A DNA stretch of 61,499 nt, the filler included, from Platydemus manokwari (taxonomy: Eukaryota), in NCBI GenBank assembly GCA_037951405.1. It is 6 parts of 6 records of this genome, joined end to end, with 100 filler letters (N's around TTAATTAATTAA, not from the genome) between each part and the next. Parts side by side here need not be neighbours in the genome. Positions count along the whole stretch, not along the records: positions 1 to 9,829 come from JBBMOY011199654.1; positions 9,930 to 19,294 come from JBBMOY011259208.1; 4 more parts are not named here. One strand, 5' to 3'. A program made the position numbers and the translations under genes. Position 1 is the first letter of the stretch, and every line of letters starts with the position of its first letter. Under the pieces are notes generated by a model. The model did not search any database. It was not told the DNA's origin and saw nothing but the letters and a program-made list of their open reading frames with translations. Positions 1 through 19,394 of the stretch are shown here, piece by piece.

Positions 1-246
1 TTCAGCGTTATAACAATTTGTGTTAATAAAATACCTGCATAAAAACATGAATAACTTTTGACTCAACCTGGTATTTGATGACTTACAAATGCAAACTCAT
101 CCATTCTGCAACTCAGAACACAAAAGTCACCAAACTGATGAGTCAGTATCATGTTGCGTTATAGGGGTTATAAACTCTACCGAACAAATGAGTTCGATTC
201 AAGCTAATCAGATGTAAAATCAAATCAACCCTCTCGATAACAAAAA

Positions 247-1980
247 CAGTCAACCCTGTTCAATATGAACACTAGCGTTCATATTCTTTCAAATGTTCAT
301 ACTGAAAAATAATATGAACAGTTATTAACATAACAATATCAAATATTTCACAAAGAAGTATATATTATACATATTTATCGCAATTTTTATTTCTTTAACA
401 CATACTCAAGTCTGTGATTTTCAATTGTCTCGATTATTTTTCTCCTTGAATTTCTTTAATAAAATACAATATTTTGTTCATCTTATCAGGGATATCAGAT
501 TGAAAGTATTTTTCAAGTTTTCTTGCATATTCAGGCTTCAAATCCTGTTATTACTGTACCTTCTTCCAACTCTTCAACATAACTATCATTTGTTTCTTCA
601 TTTCCATACTTTTCGACTAAATTAAAAAAGAGGTGTTCGTCAAATTTTGGATTAATTTCACATAATGGAAAATCATAACATTCAATATTCACTTCTTTAA
701 CATTCGCATTTTCGATAGACTTGGTAAAACAGTTAGAAATACTCGCAGGTTTAACACAATTCCATGCTTTCGAAATCCAATCTACTGCTTGATATAAATC
801 ACCTTTTTACACTATATCTCCTGTGTAACGTTATTATCTAAATTAAAATACATTGACAGGCTCAAAAGTTTCTTATAATAGAGGTTGAATAATAGATGAA
901 GTATTTGGTGGGAAAAAGAATAATTCGATATTACTGAATTCAAAGTCTTTTTTCCGATTACCTGCTTTCATTGTATTGTTTAAATCTTTTAATCGACCTT
1001 GAGAAATTGCCAACGTCATCCAAGATTTTGTATTCCATGAATAAGAAGTAGTCAATTTACCTATATCAAAGTTTTTAAAACAATGAGATTTCTTCAATCT
1101 ACCTATTACTAAAGGCTTTAATTTTGATCCAAATATATTTGCTCGCATGAGTATAGTAATTCGATCGTTAGAAAACTTACCATTTAACTTATCCTCTTTA
1201 GAAATTGTATATGTTCTGTTTAAAGAGCATTTCCAGAACAGTCCAGTTTCGTCACAATTATAATCTAGATAATCTTTTAACTTTTCCATATACAATTCCT
1301 TAAAATTAAGAACATAATTTTCATTTACGGTTTAGATTGCCCAATATTTATTTTCGATGGTACCAAATATCTGGAAATAAAAGAATTAAGCCAACCATTC
1401 GATGCTTTAAAATCATGACTTTCTAAGTGATTTTCTAGTTCTAATGTTTTTTGTTGCAATATACCACAACTGATACTGATATTTCTTGTTCTCTGGATCT
1501 GAAACCATCCATATAAAATGACATCAACTTGATATTCACAACGCAAATGTGTTTTTCGCTTTTGTTTATTATTCAAGTTTGAATTCTAAACGGAATCTTT
1601 AGATTTCATTAGAATATATAAACAGCCTAATGAGAGATTATATTTTGATGAAAGAAAGCGTTGAGAACAACCTTTATCTTCATCGAATAATTTTAACTAT
1701 TTCTGTTTCTATTCGATACGTAAATCCTTTCTCTTTCGTTTTGAATTTGTGTTTATCATGTTCATAAAAGACAGTTAAAAATTAAATATTGAAACAATAA
1801 TTGCATAACTTATTGATTTATTTTACACTATTTTTTGTTCATTGTTCAAAAACAAACAGTGTTTGTATTACAAAACATAATTTGCAATGAAAACCATATA
1901 ATGTCCAATAATATTGACCTAAATGTTCACATTAAACTGTGTTCATATTAATCAGGGTTCATTTTGAACAGGGTTGACTG
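247..1980 (-). mobile_element. Tigger/pogo (Tc1/mariner superfamily) DNA transposon, both ends present, defective
   Basis: 24-bp terminal inverted repeats: cagtcaaccctgttcaatatgaac (247-270) and gttcattttgaacagggttgactg (1957-1980), 23/24 match. TA follows the right end (1981-1982); the left flank is AA. A broken transposase lies inside. Confidence 0.9.
600..1759 (-). pseudogene. Tigger-type transposase pseudogene (CENP-B-like HTH + DDE_1)
   Basis: Fragments DVILYGWF...FKASNGWLNSF (1325-1576) and YNCDETGLFWK...KSWMT...FFPPNTSSIIQPL (873-1295). Frameshifts and stops are present, and the segments expected to carry the second and third catalytic Asp are missing. The 3' boundary is approximate. 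Confidence 0.85.
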
Positions 1981-3312
1981 TAACTAATAAATAAATGTGA
2001 ATGCAAGGATTTTTATGTAGAAAAATCCCCTATTTAAAGTACAAACAAATGTTAAAATATTTTAATGATTTTACAATATAGAAGATGATTAATGTATTAA
2101 ATTAATTATCGGATCAACACAAAATGATTTTAGCTCCGACGATTTTTTGGTAGGGATAGGCGAATTCGGTATATAAGATAATATGTTAATATATAGATTT
2201 TAGAATATACTCTGAAACACGCAATTCTTTGTAAATTTTATACAAAATACAATATTGTCAAAGTTTTGCAATCGTTTCTTTTCGATTTTCTTGAGCTTGC
2301 TACTTCTATTCCTTTAAAGTCCAATTACAAAAAGCAATTTTTCTTTCCTTTTTAGATTGCGGTTTCAAGATGTTCTTCTTTGAAGTTTTTAATTCAATTT
2401 TTCTTGTTTAGATTTTTATGAGAAAAATTCTAATAATACATATTTCATGGTAAAGGTTAAAGCCAATTACATAAAAATTTAAATCAAATAGTTAAACCAA
2501 TTGTTACTATAAAACATATTCATGGTCGAACTCCTTATCTATGTCCACATGTTTGTGGAGTTCCTGCCATCTTGAGGAACTGGTCGTCGTCTCATCGAGA
2601 ATCGTCAGATCCATTTTTATTTGTTCGGTCTTTCTCTACGGATAACCTCCTTGGGTTTGTTTTCCCGACAAACGATGGCCTTTCAATTCCCTTTATATTA
2701 CAGCTCAATTCGTTGCTGAGTAGTGGTGCTTAGGAAACCTTTCCAACAATTAGTTTACAAAGTAAAATCTCAGTTGCAATTTAGTATTTATAAAAGAAAA
2801 TAATTTAATAGAAATTAATGGCGAACGAGTAAATGATATTATTAACAATGGCTTACGCATTTACACCTAAGGTCAAAATAGAGAACATTCCAGTAAGAAC
2901 GACGTGAACTCCAACTGCTTTAATGTCAACTTTGATCGAAGACGGCATGCGCTTAATCGGAAGACACAATAGCAAAATGTTGGGAATTAGTGTATCAGAC
3001 CAACTATGTGTATCAAAAATATAACTAAAAAGTGTCAATAAATAATCCGCAACAGTCATATAATGTTGGCACAGTATTATAGCAAATAATTATATTATGG
3101 TTTCTATTAGAGTCAAGATACAGTTGCTAATATATATTTCAATTTTAAAGGAAACACCAGAAATAAAAGAGTAAATTGGGATATAATTATATATATCTAG
3201 CCTACATATATGCACCGAAAAGATCAATATCAAACAAAAATATCAATATATTATATACAGATGAATCAAAATCACAGATATGAAAATAATCGATAAGCAA
3301 TATCTACATGTG

Positions 3313-6300
3313 TTAATCATTTGGCATGGACAGCTCCTAAGAAATACGAAAATTAAAATGGTCATTGGCAAATAAAAACCAACCAATAAGCTTTTATTAT
3401 TATCAGTTTTAAGGTGGATTTTATCACCAACTGTTTCGAATCTGAGATCAGTGCGAGGATCCATTCGAGGTAAAGAGACTCGGTTGCTCTTGGTGATGGG
3501 GATTGCTGATAAATTGATCTCATTATCTAAATAATCGATATCAAAATCAATCAATCCATCAATATTCTCACCCATAAATGACATAATGCAATCACTGGTG
3601 CTGTCATCGAACACGATCGATTCGTCGAGGCTTTTCACTTTCATATATCTGCTTATTGGAGTTTGTATCGATTCTTCGGAACGAATCTGAAACAGAATCG
3701 CATCAATGACGTCATCGTGATTAATCAATAATCATTACTCTTCCCTCAAAAACGACGTCAACGTAAAATTCTGATTTTCCTCGCTTGGAATTTGTAGAAG
3801 TGGATGAAGAGCTCGGTTTCAATTTATCAATAGGCCTACGTGGTTTATGTGAGTGCTGCATAAAATAGACAACAATAACAATTTTACAGAATATCGATAA
3901 ATTTGGTGAATAATTATTGACAAAATATATAATCAATACCTTTGATGTGTCATCGATATCTGTTAAATTAACTAAAAATAAACAATTAATGAATCAATAT
4001 ATAAATAAAATGAATATTTATTGATCTGTTACTTCTTAACTCCAAGTTATCCTTGAGACTGTTTTGATTGGCTAAAATTAAAATATAACAATTGATTTGG
4101 AATGACAATTTAATGGAGTAACCTTGACAACTTATCGGATGTTTTGAGAATCTTAATTCATTGGTTGGAATATTCTGAATAAACGGAGAAAAAAATCAAA
4201 AATTAAATCAATAAAAAATAACTTCTTTTGTTTCTGGTTCCTTGTTTGTCACTGAAGATCTCTTCGATTTCTTTGATGTTGCTGGTGATTGGCGAGTGGT
4301 TTTACTATTGCTTGGCGATTCAATGTGATTGTTTGATTGCGATATCGCCATGTTTGAGGCTATGCTTGATTGGCGGTGGGTTTTACGATTGTTTGATTGC
4401 GATATTGTTCTTTTATTTGATGTTATTTTTGACTGGCTGCGGGTTTTACAAGTGTTTGGCGATTCAATGTGATTGTTCGATTGCGACTTGGTTATATTTG
4501 GTGCTATCGGTGATTGCTGAAGATTTTTACAAATATTTGATGAACCGATGTCACTGTTTGACACATGCGCTTTAGTTTTTGTTGTTATCCTTGATTGGTG
4601 ATGAGTTTTACAAATATTTGATGAGTTTATGTGATCGTTTGATGTGGATATTGGCGATTGATCAAATTTTTCATTGTTCATTGATATTTCCAATGAACGT
4701 TCGTTTATCGATTCATTATTATCGAGAATGACATTATTACCGACTGATTTATTTTTACATGGCTTTTCCAATTTTTTCTCAAAACTTTTATTTAATTCCT
4801 TTTTTCCAATCGATAAACTGTGATTAGTGATCAGTTTCAAAGGACTTGTTTTAGATGACACATGTGGATCACTAATATAATCTAGATCAACACCGTCATC
4901 CTCATTTGAATCAATTTTTCTTCTTTTAGTTTCATCAATATTTTCCTTATCATCGCTGTCAGTTAAATCGATAATCAGATTATCAAAAGATTTTCGTTTC
5001 GAAACAGAGACCTTTTCTGATTGGTAATTTTGCTTCAACTTGCTTTCCAATGATTTTTCTCGAGATGTTCCAAAAGATTTTAAGGAAATTTTTAACGGTT
5101 TTTTGAAAACAGAGTTTTCTTGCGACTCAGAAAAAATATCCGAGATCGGTTCGAAAGACGGGCTACGAATATTTGATTTAAAAATTGACGAGTCATCGAA
5201 ATTGTAAATTGAAGTTGTCATGGTGGCATACCTAAATGGGTGTTATCGATATCAAAACGGAGAAATACGCGTTAAAATCATATGAGATATTGTCATATCA
5301 TTAGTCATGACCTGTTAATTTTAAAGAATTCAATAAATCGATTAAATCACACTCAAAATAAAGAAACTGAGAAAATGATTCTATTCCAACTCCACATACA
5401 ATATCATATGTGTCTTGAGATAAAAAAAAAATAACAAACACCCATTATAAACAACGGACATGTCATAATAATTAATTATAAATCAATAAATTAAAATATT
5501 TTCGTCGATATAATGTGCTGAGTGGAGATGAAAAATATTTTGCAGACCAATTTGATAAAAATATCAATTATTGTGACGAATAAATCAAGAGTAAAAACCA
5601 AATTCTCTCACAAACTCGTTCTCAAAACTGAAATTCACGCACAACTTTAATTCTTTATTTTGTCAAAATGCGCTACTTACAATTGCAAGTAGATAATACA
5701 TTGTGATAATGATATATTTGCAAATATAAATTATAATTGTACACAATATGAAACCACAGATAAATATCAATCAATATTAACCTCAATTTTGGACATTTGC
5801 AGATGACATGCATTATTGAAATGAGGTTCCTCCAATCATCTGGGATTTGATTCACGAAATAATATTGGAACAAGTCTAAATAGGCCGCATTCTCGGTATT
5901 TGGGTAACAGTTGGCAATACCGAATTTATACATTGGACCGAGCAGTTTGAAGCATTGTTTATTGGCAATGACCGATCTACCACCGTTACCCACCCATTCG
6001 ATCTCAGTGGGTTTCATTATGCTAATAGTGCAATGCGGTTGCTTCACTTTGAATCCTTTGATGAAAAATCGATCAGTGTTATCCTTTTTCATGATCGACC
6101 ATAAAATGATCAGAGAATCATCTTTGTTAAAAGTGGAATTCAGTTTTTTCCCTTTGGCGAACTGTTCATAGGAAATGGATTGGGAATCGTCGAGACTGCT
6201 TTGTCTGGCGAAAATCAATACAATTAGATTATAAAGGATAGCAGAATATTATGACGGATGGAATAATTACTTAATTGGAGTATGGGAAGTGCCAGTCATA

Positions 6301-8449
6301 GATTCGTTGATGGTCTAAACTGATTGTCATGGAAACAATATACAATGGTGATTATCATACTTGAAGAACGTCGAGTTTTTGACCACATTTTTTGAGAAAT
6401 TTTTTCAATGATTTCATCCAATCGCGCTCATTCTGAATGAAGCCGTTGAAAAATAATTCAAAAATCACCAATCAATATTCTTACTCGGCAATCTTTCAAT
6501 ATGTTGTCAATATCAATGGAAATATTATTAAAATCGTCATCAATATCTACTTTGGGTTTGTCGTGAAACAATGTCTTTGGAGCCCGATTTTTAACCAATG
6601 TTTCTAATTGACTCCGAGTGATATTTTCAATTGGCAATCTGAATAATTAATTCTTATTGGCTCTATTAACGATAATGTTTGTTTAAAAATTAAACATTTC
6701 AACAATTTTCTTAAATCAATCAATAGAATTTAATCAAATTTCTAAAAATTATTTGAATCATTCCAGTAACTTAGCAACAAGCCTTCGTATTTCATAATGA
6801 TTTTTTCAACAAATTAAATTTCACAATTTATTGAGAAATTTATAATTTTGAAAAATTATCAAAGACAACCAATCAAATGATTTGTTTCACTCATAGAAAT
6901 TTATCAATTTTCAAAAATGTACCTTTCGATTGATAGAAAACTTTTGTCGATTTTCGAAGATAAATTGACAATGTTGCGCAACCAGTTGTCTTGTGATAAT
7001 AATACAACCGATTCGTTGAATAATGGTGAAGATGGATGGAAATGTTTCTTAATACATTTAGTATCGGCATTTCCCACCAGTTTGTATTGACAATCAAGAG
7101 TAGAAACAGTTTTGTTGAGATCGTCATATTGCAATATTGCACCAGTAATGCGGGTTTTTAATTTGGAATTTTTGTGGATTTTCATTTCACCAATAATTCT
7201 GCACACACCATCATAGAATATTGGAAACCATGATCTAATTTCCAGATTCATGGCAGGATCTATCGATAAATCAGTGGTAAAATTTATTTATTAGCCCATA
7301 TAAGTACATGCCAGCTCAATATCAAAATAGAGGTGATAAATTATCATTCGAATGGATAAATATTTCATTTAAATATATATCTTCATGAATGTTTTTAAAA
7401 AGTGATTCTGTTATATATTGCTATGATATCAGATCAAATAATGACAATCCAGTATTGTGTAATCATTGTACAGATATTTCGAAATCACTGTCAAGTTATA
7501 AAATGTAAATTGATTTTGTTACAGCTTGGTCATATCATGAGGCTGTTGAAGCTATGTTTCAGTTTGATATGTTTTGTCGATTACAACATTAAATTTTCAT
7601 TCCAAACCATTAATAATTTGTCAATTATTTATTAATAATTAATAAATATTATTTACGAAAAGGATATTAATATTACAAATTTTATAAATATATCTCGATA
7701 ATTGTTTATAAAATCTAACCAGAAACAACAAAATCTTCAAAATCCTCGGATTGATTGCCTTCGTCTTTGTGAGATTCCATAATTTCAGACTCCACTGATT
7801 CTTCTGAACAATCTACAAAGGTTTGTGTTTCTCATTAAAATTAATCACTAGTTTATATTTTATAAATTCATCTTTATATCTTACAGCTTTAAGAATATTT
7901 ACATAATGTTACAAATTACTAAAAAAATTCTTTATAAAAATTATTATTATAAATAAAATTTATCAAGTTAATGTTTTTATTAATGAAGTATATACAATGA
8001 CATTTAACTGACTATTTTATGTTGAGACCAAATATTTAAAAATACTAACCTTCATCTATTGGATAAGGTCGTGTGGAGAAGCTAAGTAAATCATTAAAGT
8101 GTTTTATGCGTGGTTTATCCTGCAGACAGGTACTTAAACTATCAAATTCGAATTTATAATCCATGATATTTAACGGAAATTTAGCATCTTGTTCAGCTAA
8201 ATTATAGTAAGATAAAAAATTCTAATTATGATATCAAACCTGATATCGGATAATTTAGCTCTATTTCCAATTTACGCCTTTCAAGATCTAAAAATAATTT
8301 TGGAATTGAATATATCCATTTATTTTATTTACTTCTTTTAGCCAGTCTTTGATTACGATCCTTTATCTATAATTTGAATTTCAAGTCAATAAAAAATAAC
8401 TGAATAATATTACCGCTCTCTCAATAATTTTTGCATATTCATAGTCCAT
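3313..8449 (-). CDS. ~987-aa protein with two tandem SANTA-like domains and an S/N/K-rich repeat region; candidate KNL2/M18BP1-related protein
   Basis: 17 GT-AG exons in compatible phase: 8449-8414, 8366-8333, 8287-8240, 8196-8050, 7812-7720, 7259-6923, 6638-6485, 6432-6361, 6314-6271, 6204-5782, 5231-4223, 4174-4123, 4071-4033, 3971-3940, 3855-3739, 3686-3384, 3336-3313 (2964 nt). SANTA-like patterns: IRSW..IIG..TGAI..YKLVG..DNWLRNI and IILW..IKG..FKLLGPM..YPN..FVNQIPDDWRNLI. The last exon is uncertain. Confidence 0.7.
4270..4665 (-). repeat. Degenerate coding tandem repeat (~20-25-aa unit QSPI...SQSNNHIESPN.CKT)
   Basis: About 6 imperfect units, visible in the protein and in DNA (e.g. ggcgattcaatgtgattgtt recurs near 4314 and 4458). 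Confidence 0.75.
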
Positions 8450-8689
8450 TCAAAAAGTGGTTTTAACAGCAATGAAATATTGAAATATTTAAACAATTGT
8501 ATGCTCAATAAAGAAATAAATCATAAAAGTTATTCCAAACATGACAATTATTACATTTTATTTTAATTAATTTTATACTTGTACAACATGATATTGAAAA
8601 TATGTCAAAATAATTATAATTAACAGGACTTCATAATAAATTATTTATAAAAATTAATTTTTTTTAATAAAGATATAAAATTGATTAAT

Positions 8690-9780
8690 CCTTTGATACG
8701 TCCGGTAAGTTTGCTTGTTTGTAATTCTTAGAGAATTGCTCCATTGTCTAGTAGATAGAGTTACTATTGCTATTTTGTTGAATGCTCTTGACGAGGATGG
8801 TAGCTTGAGGTTTAGATTAGAGGCATCCTTTAGAAGTGTGCTGATTAAATAGCGGCTTAGTAAGTCCGATGTTGGCTTGGACTTTGTTGTTAATTGTATT
8901 CAAAGAACCGAAAACTCCTCTACAAAGAACGTCTAGAGAGGTTTCGAATCGGGACTTCGTTTTGATTTCATTGGCAATATGTCGGTATTTTTCATAATAA
9001 AGGAGACTGTGTTTATCGAAGTTCTTCATGATGTCGAATGGTACTATGAGATCAACAATGTAGGCATGTCTCTTCGCTTTATTTCTTATTATAAGGTTTG
9101 GTCGCAATTTTGTGTTGGTTTCCAGAGGGCTCGTGTCGATATCTGTAGTGATGTCATCAGACATAGCCAACCTAGTTTTGTTGGAGCGTACATGAATTGA
9201 TTGTTGCTTAAGTTTGAACCGTCCATCTTTAGTATTTTTCGGGAGGTGTGTCTGATTTTCTTGTCAAAGCTTTGGATTCGCTCGTTGTTTTTGGTTGTGA
9301 CTAGAACGCGAGAATCGAGTTTGATGGTGTCGACTTCTTGGATGTAGAGATGATAGGGCAATTTTGGGTGTAAGAAAATAGTATAATGCCTGAATTTCTG
9401 CTATGGGTGTAGTTGAAAGTCTGTAATTGCTTGATAGTCAGTAATGATGGAGCCTAGTATGATGTAGATTGGTGTTCTTTTTTGGTGTCCACAAGGGACA
9501 CCTAGATATCTGTAGAGTTTCTCGTTGTCTATAATTGGAACTGGTTCCTCGTTAATGGTAAGTTCTATTCTATTTCTGACGTTCTTGCTGTAGTAGCCAC
9601 ATTTGGAAGTATTGATTGTGAGTTGGATATCATTCGTTCCGTGGATTATGTGGTTCAGTCTGTGTTCGATATTTTCGCTGGAGTAGGCCAGGATGACAAT
9701 GACATCTTTGTAAGCAATATTGAGAAGTTTTAGTCGTGGATTGATAGCGATTTAAGTATACTGGTCGACAAGATGTTTAA
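8690..9780 (-). mobile_element. Degraded RLE-type non-LTR retrotransposon (NeSL/Utopia/HERO-like), 3' part
   Basis: RT motif IAYKDVIVILA (decayed YADD), INTSKC and YRYLGV; thumb LHP*QK...FLHPKL...FMYAPTKLG; then restriction-like endonuclease LRPNL...IVDLIVPFD...EKYRHIA...GVFGS. It runs up to the end of piece A. Confidence 0.85.
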
Positions 9781-9829
9781 CCCGGTCTTAATTAGTATAC
9801 ATTAAGGCGTTTTCCCAATTATTATTGTT

Positions 9830-9929
9830 NNNNNNNNNNNNNNNNNNNNNNNNNNNNNNNNNNNNNNNNNNNNTTAATTAATTAANNNNNNNNNNNNNNN
9901 NNNNNNNNNNNNNNNNNNNNNNNNNNNNN
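9830..9929. other. Artificial 100-nt join spacer (44 N + TTAATTAATTAA + 44 N)
   Basis: Fixed structure with a six-frame stop 12-mer at 9874-9885; identical spacers occur at four other sites. Confidence 0.97.
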
Positions 9930-12228
9930 TGACAAATAAATAATGAACAAATGTTTACATAAGTGATTAACATGCAGGGTTACATATCAGTAGTAGTCTA
10001 ATAATAAAAACGTAGACAAATATTAGACCGAAATATTACATTAAAATGTTAAAATAAAATAATATGGACAAATATAACTGAACTTTTAAATATTATTAAT
10101 CGTGTAGATTAAATATAAGAATAAATGTATGAAATCATGAAGGGAGATTTTTAGATAGTAGCAATAATGCAAAACCTACGATTCATTGAGGAAGCACACC
10201 GAATATCGAGCATGCTTCAAAAGTGGTATATATATACATAATTTCACCATTTCTCAATTAAAAAAGTAAGAGACTATGTATGTTTTTAAAGATTAAGATT
10301 TACAACTATTGTAGTAGTAAGGATTTAGAGTACCTATTGTATTGATAGTGTTGACCTAACATTAGTGCATATATATGCAATACAAAATTAGTAATGGGGT
10401 AGAATGAGTTTTTGAGATAGTATTTCCAGAACAAGTGTATATACTTAGTCCTTGTTTTGAATATTACAAATAAAAACATATATTTAAATCACTGAGTTCA
10501 TTGACTATCGTATGAATTTCTGGTTATTGAACAAGGAAATTATTTTTTTGATTTTGTCGGTTCGTTGAATGAACACAGTCGATTCTGAATTTAAATATTT
10601 AATTTTTACGTGGTGAAAACCACAGTAAAATTTATACTTACGGTGACTGGAAATACATTGTGTTAGTGTTGGGAGGCTATGAATTATAAGTTTTTGCATG
10701 ATTTTATTGATCACTTTGATTGAATTGGGAAAAATTATTTACAGTTCTTATTACACCACATTATTCACGATAAAGCTGGATTATATAATCTAATTATATT
10801 ATTCTAATTATATTATTCTAATTATATTATTTAAAGAATATCAACTACACAAATGCAAAAATTATAGCCAAGGAATTAAATTTCCGATAAAAAATTTATT
10901 GTAGCAAATCAAAAAATAAATACACGATAAGCATAAGAAAAATATTCCATGTTATTTTTAATACTAAGCATCAATTCAGTGACGAAAAATTAATTTGATA
11001 CTTTTCCCAGTCAGCTATATAAGGACATGAATAAAATATGAATTTTTAGTTCTTTCTATTTTTAGTGAAGTCTTTCATAAAGGTAAATAATCTACTCCTA
11101 CTTTCCAGATATTGTCGCCAAATTTTCAAAATAAAAATTTTCCAAAAAATTTTCTACATTATTTATAGTTTTCACAAGCTATATTTTCTAGTAGTCCTTA
11201 TTATAAAATGTACTATAAAATATTTACAAGTTTGTTTTCATGCATTCAAGTTTTCAAGTAATGTATAAAATGCTATCTGGAGATAGATTTAAATAAAACT
11301 TTTTATTTTACACTATACAATATATAAACATTTCTTACGTTTTGATTACGTAAACTTAATCTTAATTATATAAGAACCGTTAAATACCAGATAAAATTTG
11401 GCACAAGTATGTCGTGAAAATCATTTATATACTTAATCATGACGCTAAATTTTTAATATGGGAATGAAAGATCTGCGAGATAAACTATCAAAACATGCAA
11501 CAGTAGTCTACCAGTAATTTTAGCATTTAACTAAAGCGATGATGAGCTCAAGTTCATTAGTTAGTAAACTAAACAAGTGTATATTCTATGTTCTAGATAA
11601 ATTACTGTTTATCTATCAGTGAACTATTTATTAAGGATGTCTAAAAAATTATTCGATTATAAGTTTGACAAAAATTAACAATTATATAATCCTTAACACA
11701 ATAATTATCTTTGCATAATTACTGAGCTAATTTTTGTAAAAAATAAGCACAAATATTAAAACGAGATCCGGTCAGTGCTCCGAAGCAATTTTAAATTGAC
11801 CAAATTTCTACAAAGTAGGAAACAGTTCACAATCGATTAAAAGCGATTTCATTGGTTTAGACAACAACCAATGACAAATGAAATCATTTTCAGAAAGGTT
11901 CAATCACTAACCACACGAAATTGCTCGGTTGTATTTTCGAAACTGTTCATAAAACAGGAGTTTTCATATTGAAAATACATTTTAAATTTACAACCAAGCT
12001 CAGGTGTTTTCTTCAGAGCCCTATTTTCTTTTTATTTTCCTTGGAAGGGCAAATATAAAAACCCCACAACACATGATAAAAATCACAAATCCTTTACAAT
12101 CATTGTATAGTAAAAAAAATCAATGTGTTTTCAAAGTAATAAATACATAATAATAATAATAAATAATTTAAAATAATGAAAATAAATTCGTAAAATATTA
12201 TGTTGATTTTGAAAAATACAAAAATTAA

Positions 12229-19041
<6,813 letters not shown>

Positions 19042-19294
19042 TCATCTGATTAATCTACAAAGTAAACTTGTTCGTAATATCAACGTCATTTTTAAGTTAT
19101 TTATTAAAAAATTGAAACAATTAAAACTGATTTATAAATTAAATGAACAGATAATGTAAACTTACTTTTATCTAATAATTTCTTCTTTTCATGGTGACAA
19201 GTTTTAGACATTACTCATTAACTTTTAATAATAAGATAGATTATTTAAACACTAAATTAGGTTATTCAATTATTGAAAAATGTGTCGAAATTAT

Positions 19295-19394
19295 NNNNNN
19301 NNNNNNNNNNNNNNNNNNNNNNNNNNNNNNNNNNNNNNTTAATTAATTAANNNNNNNNNNNNNNNNNNNNNNNNNNNNNNNNNNNNNNNNNNNN
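19295..19394. other. Artificial 100-nt join spacer
   Basis: 44 N + TTAATTAATTAA (19339-19350) + 44 N. Confidence 0.97.

Noticed and set aside
150-205. tRNA/SINE-like GTTCGATTC B-box
   Set aside because: No cloverleaf or convincing A-box.
2848-3024. Plus-strand frame with one in-frame TGA (possible selenoprotein)
   Set aside because: No resemblance to selenoprotein motifs, no SECIS recognised, and it mirrors an antisense open frame.
5219-5227. gccaccATG Kozak match suggesting a separate gene starting at 5221
   Set aside because: An acceptor directly upstream of 5231 joins in phase to the exon ending at 5782, so the match is probably coincidental.
9874-9885. Recurring TTAATTAATTAA palindrome as a biological repeat or CRISPR-like array
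   Set aside because: It is always centred in exactly 44+44 N, so it is a technical linker.
10140-10720. Possible Gypsy integrase scraps (FIEEAHR; GFSP-like)
   Set aside because: Motifs are too short and lie on opposite strands.
10779-10831. 13-bp AT-rich tandem repeat
   Set aside because: Ordinary slippage minisatellite.
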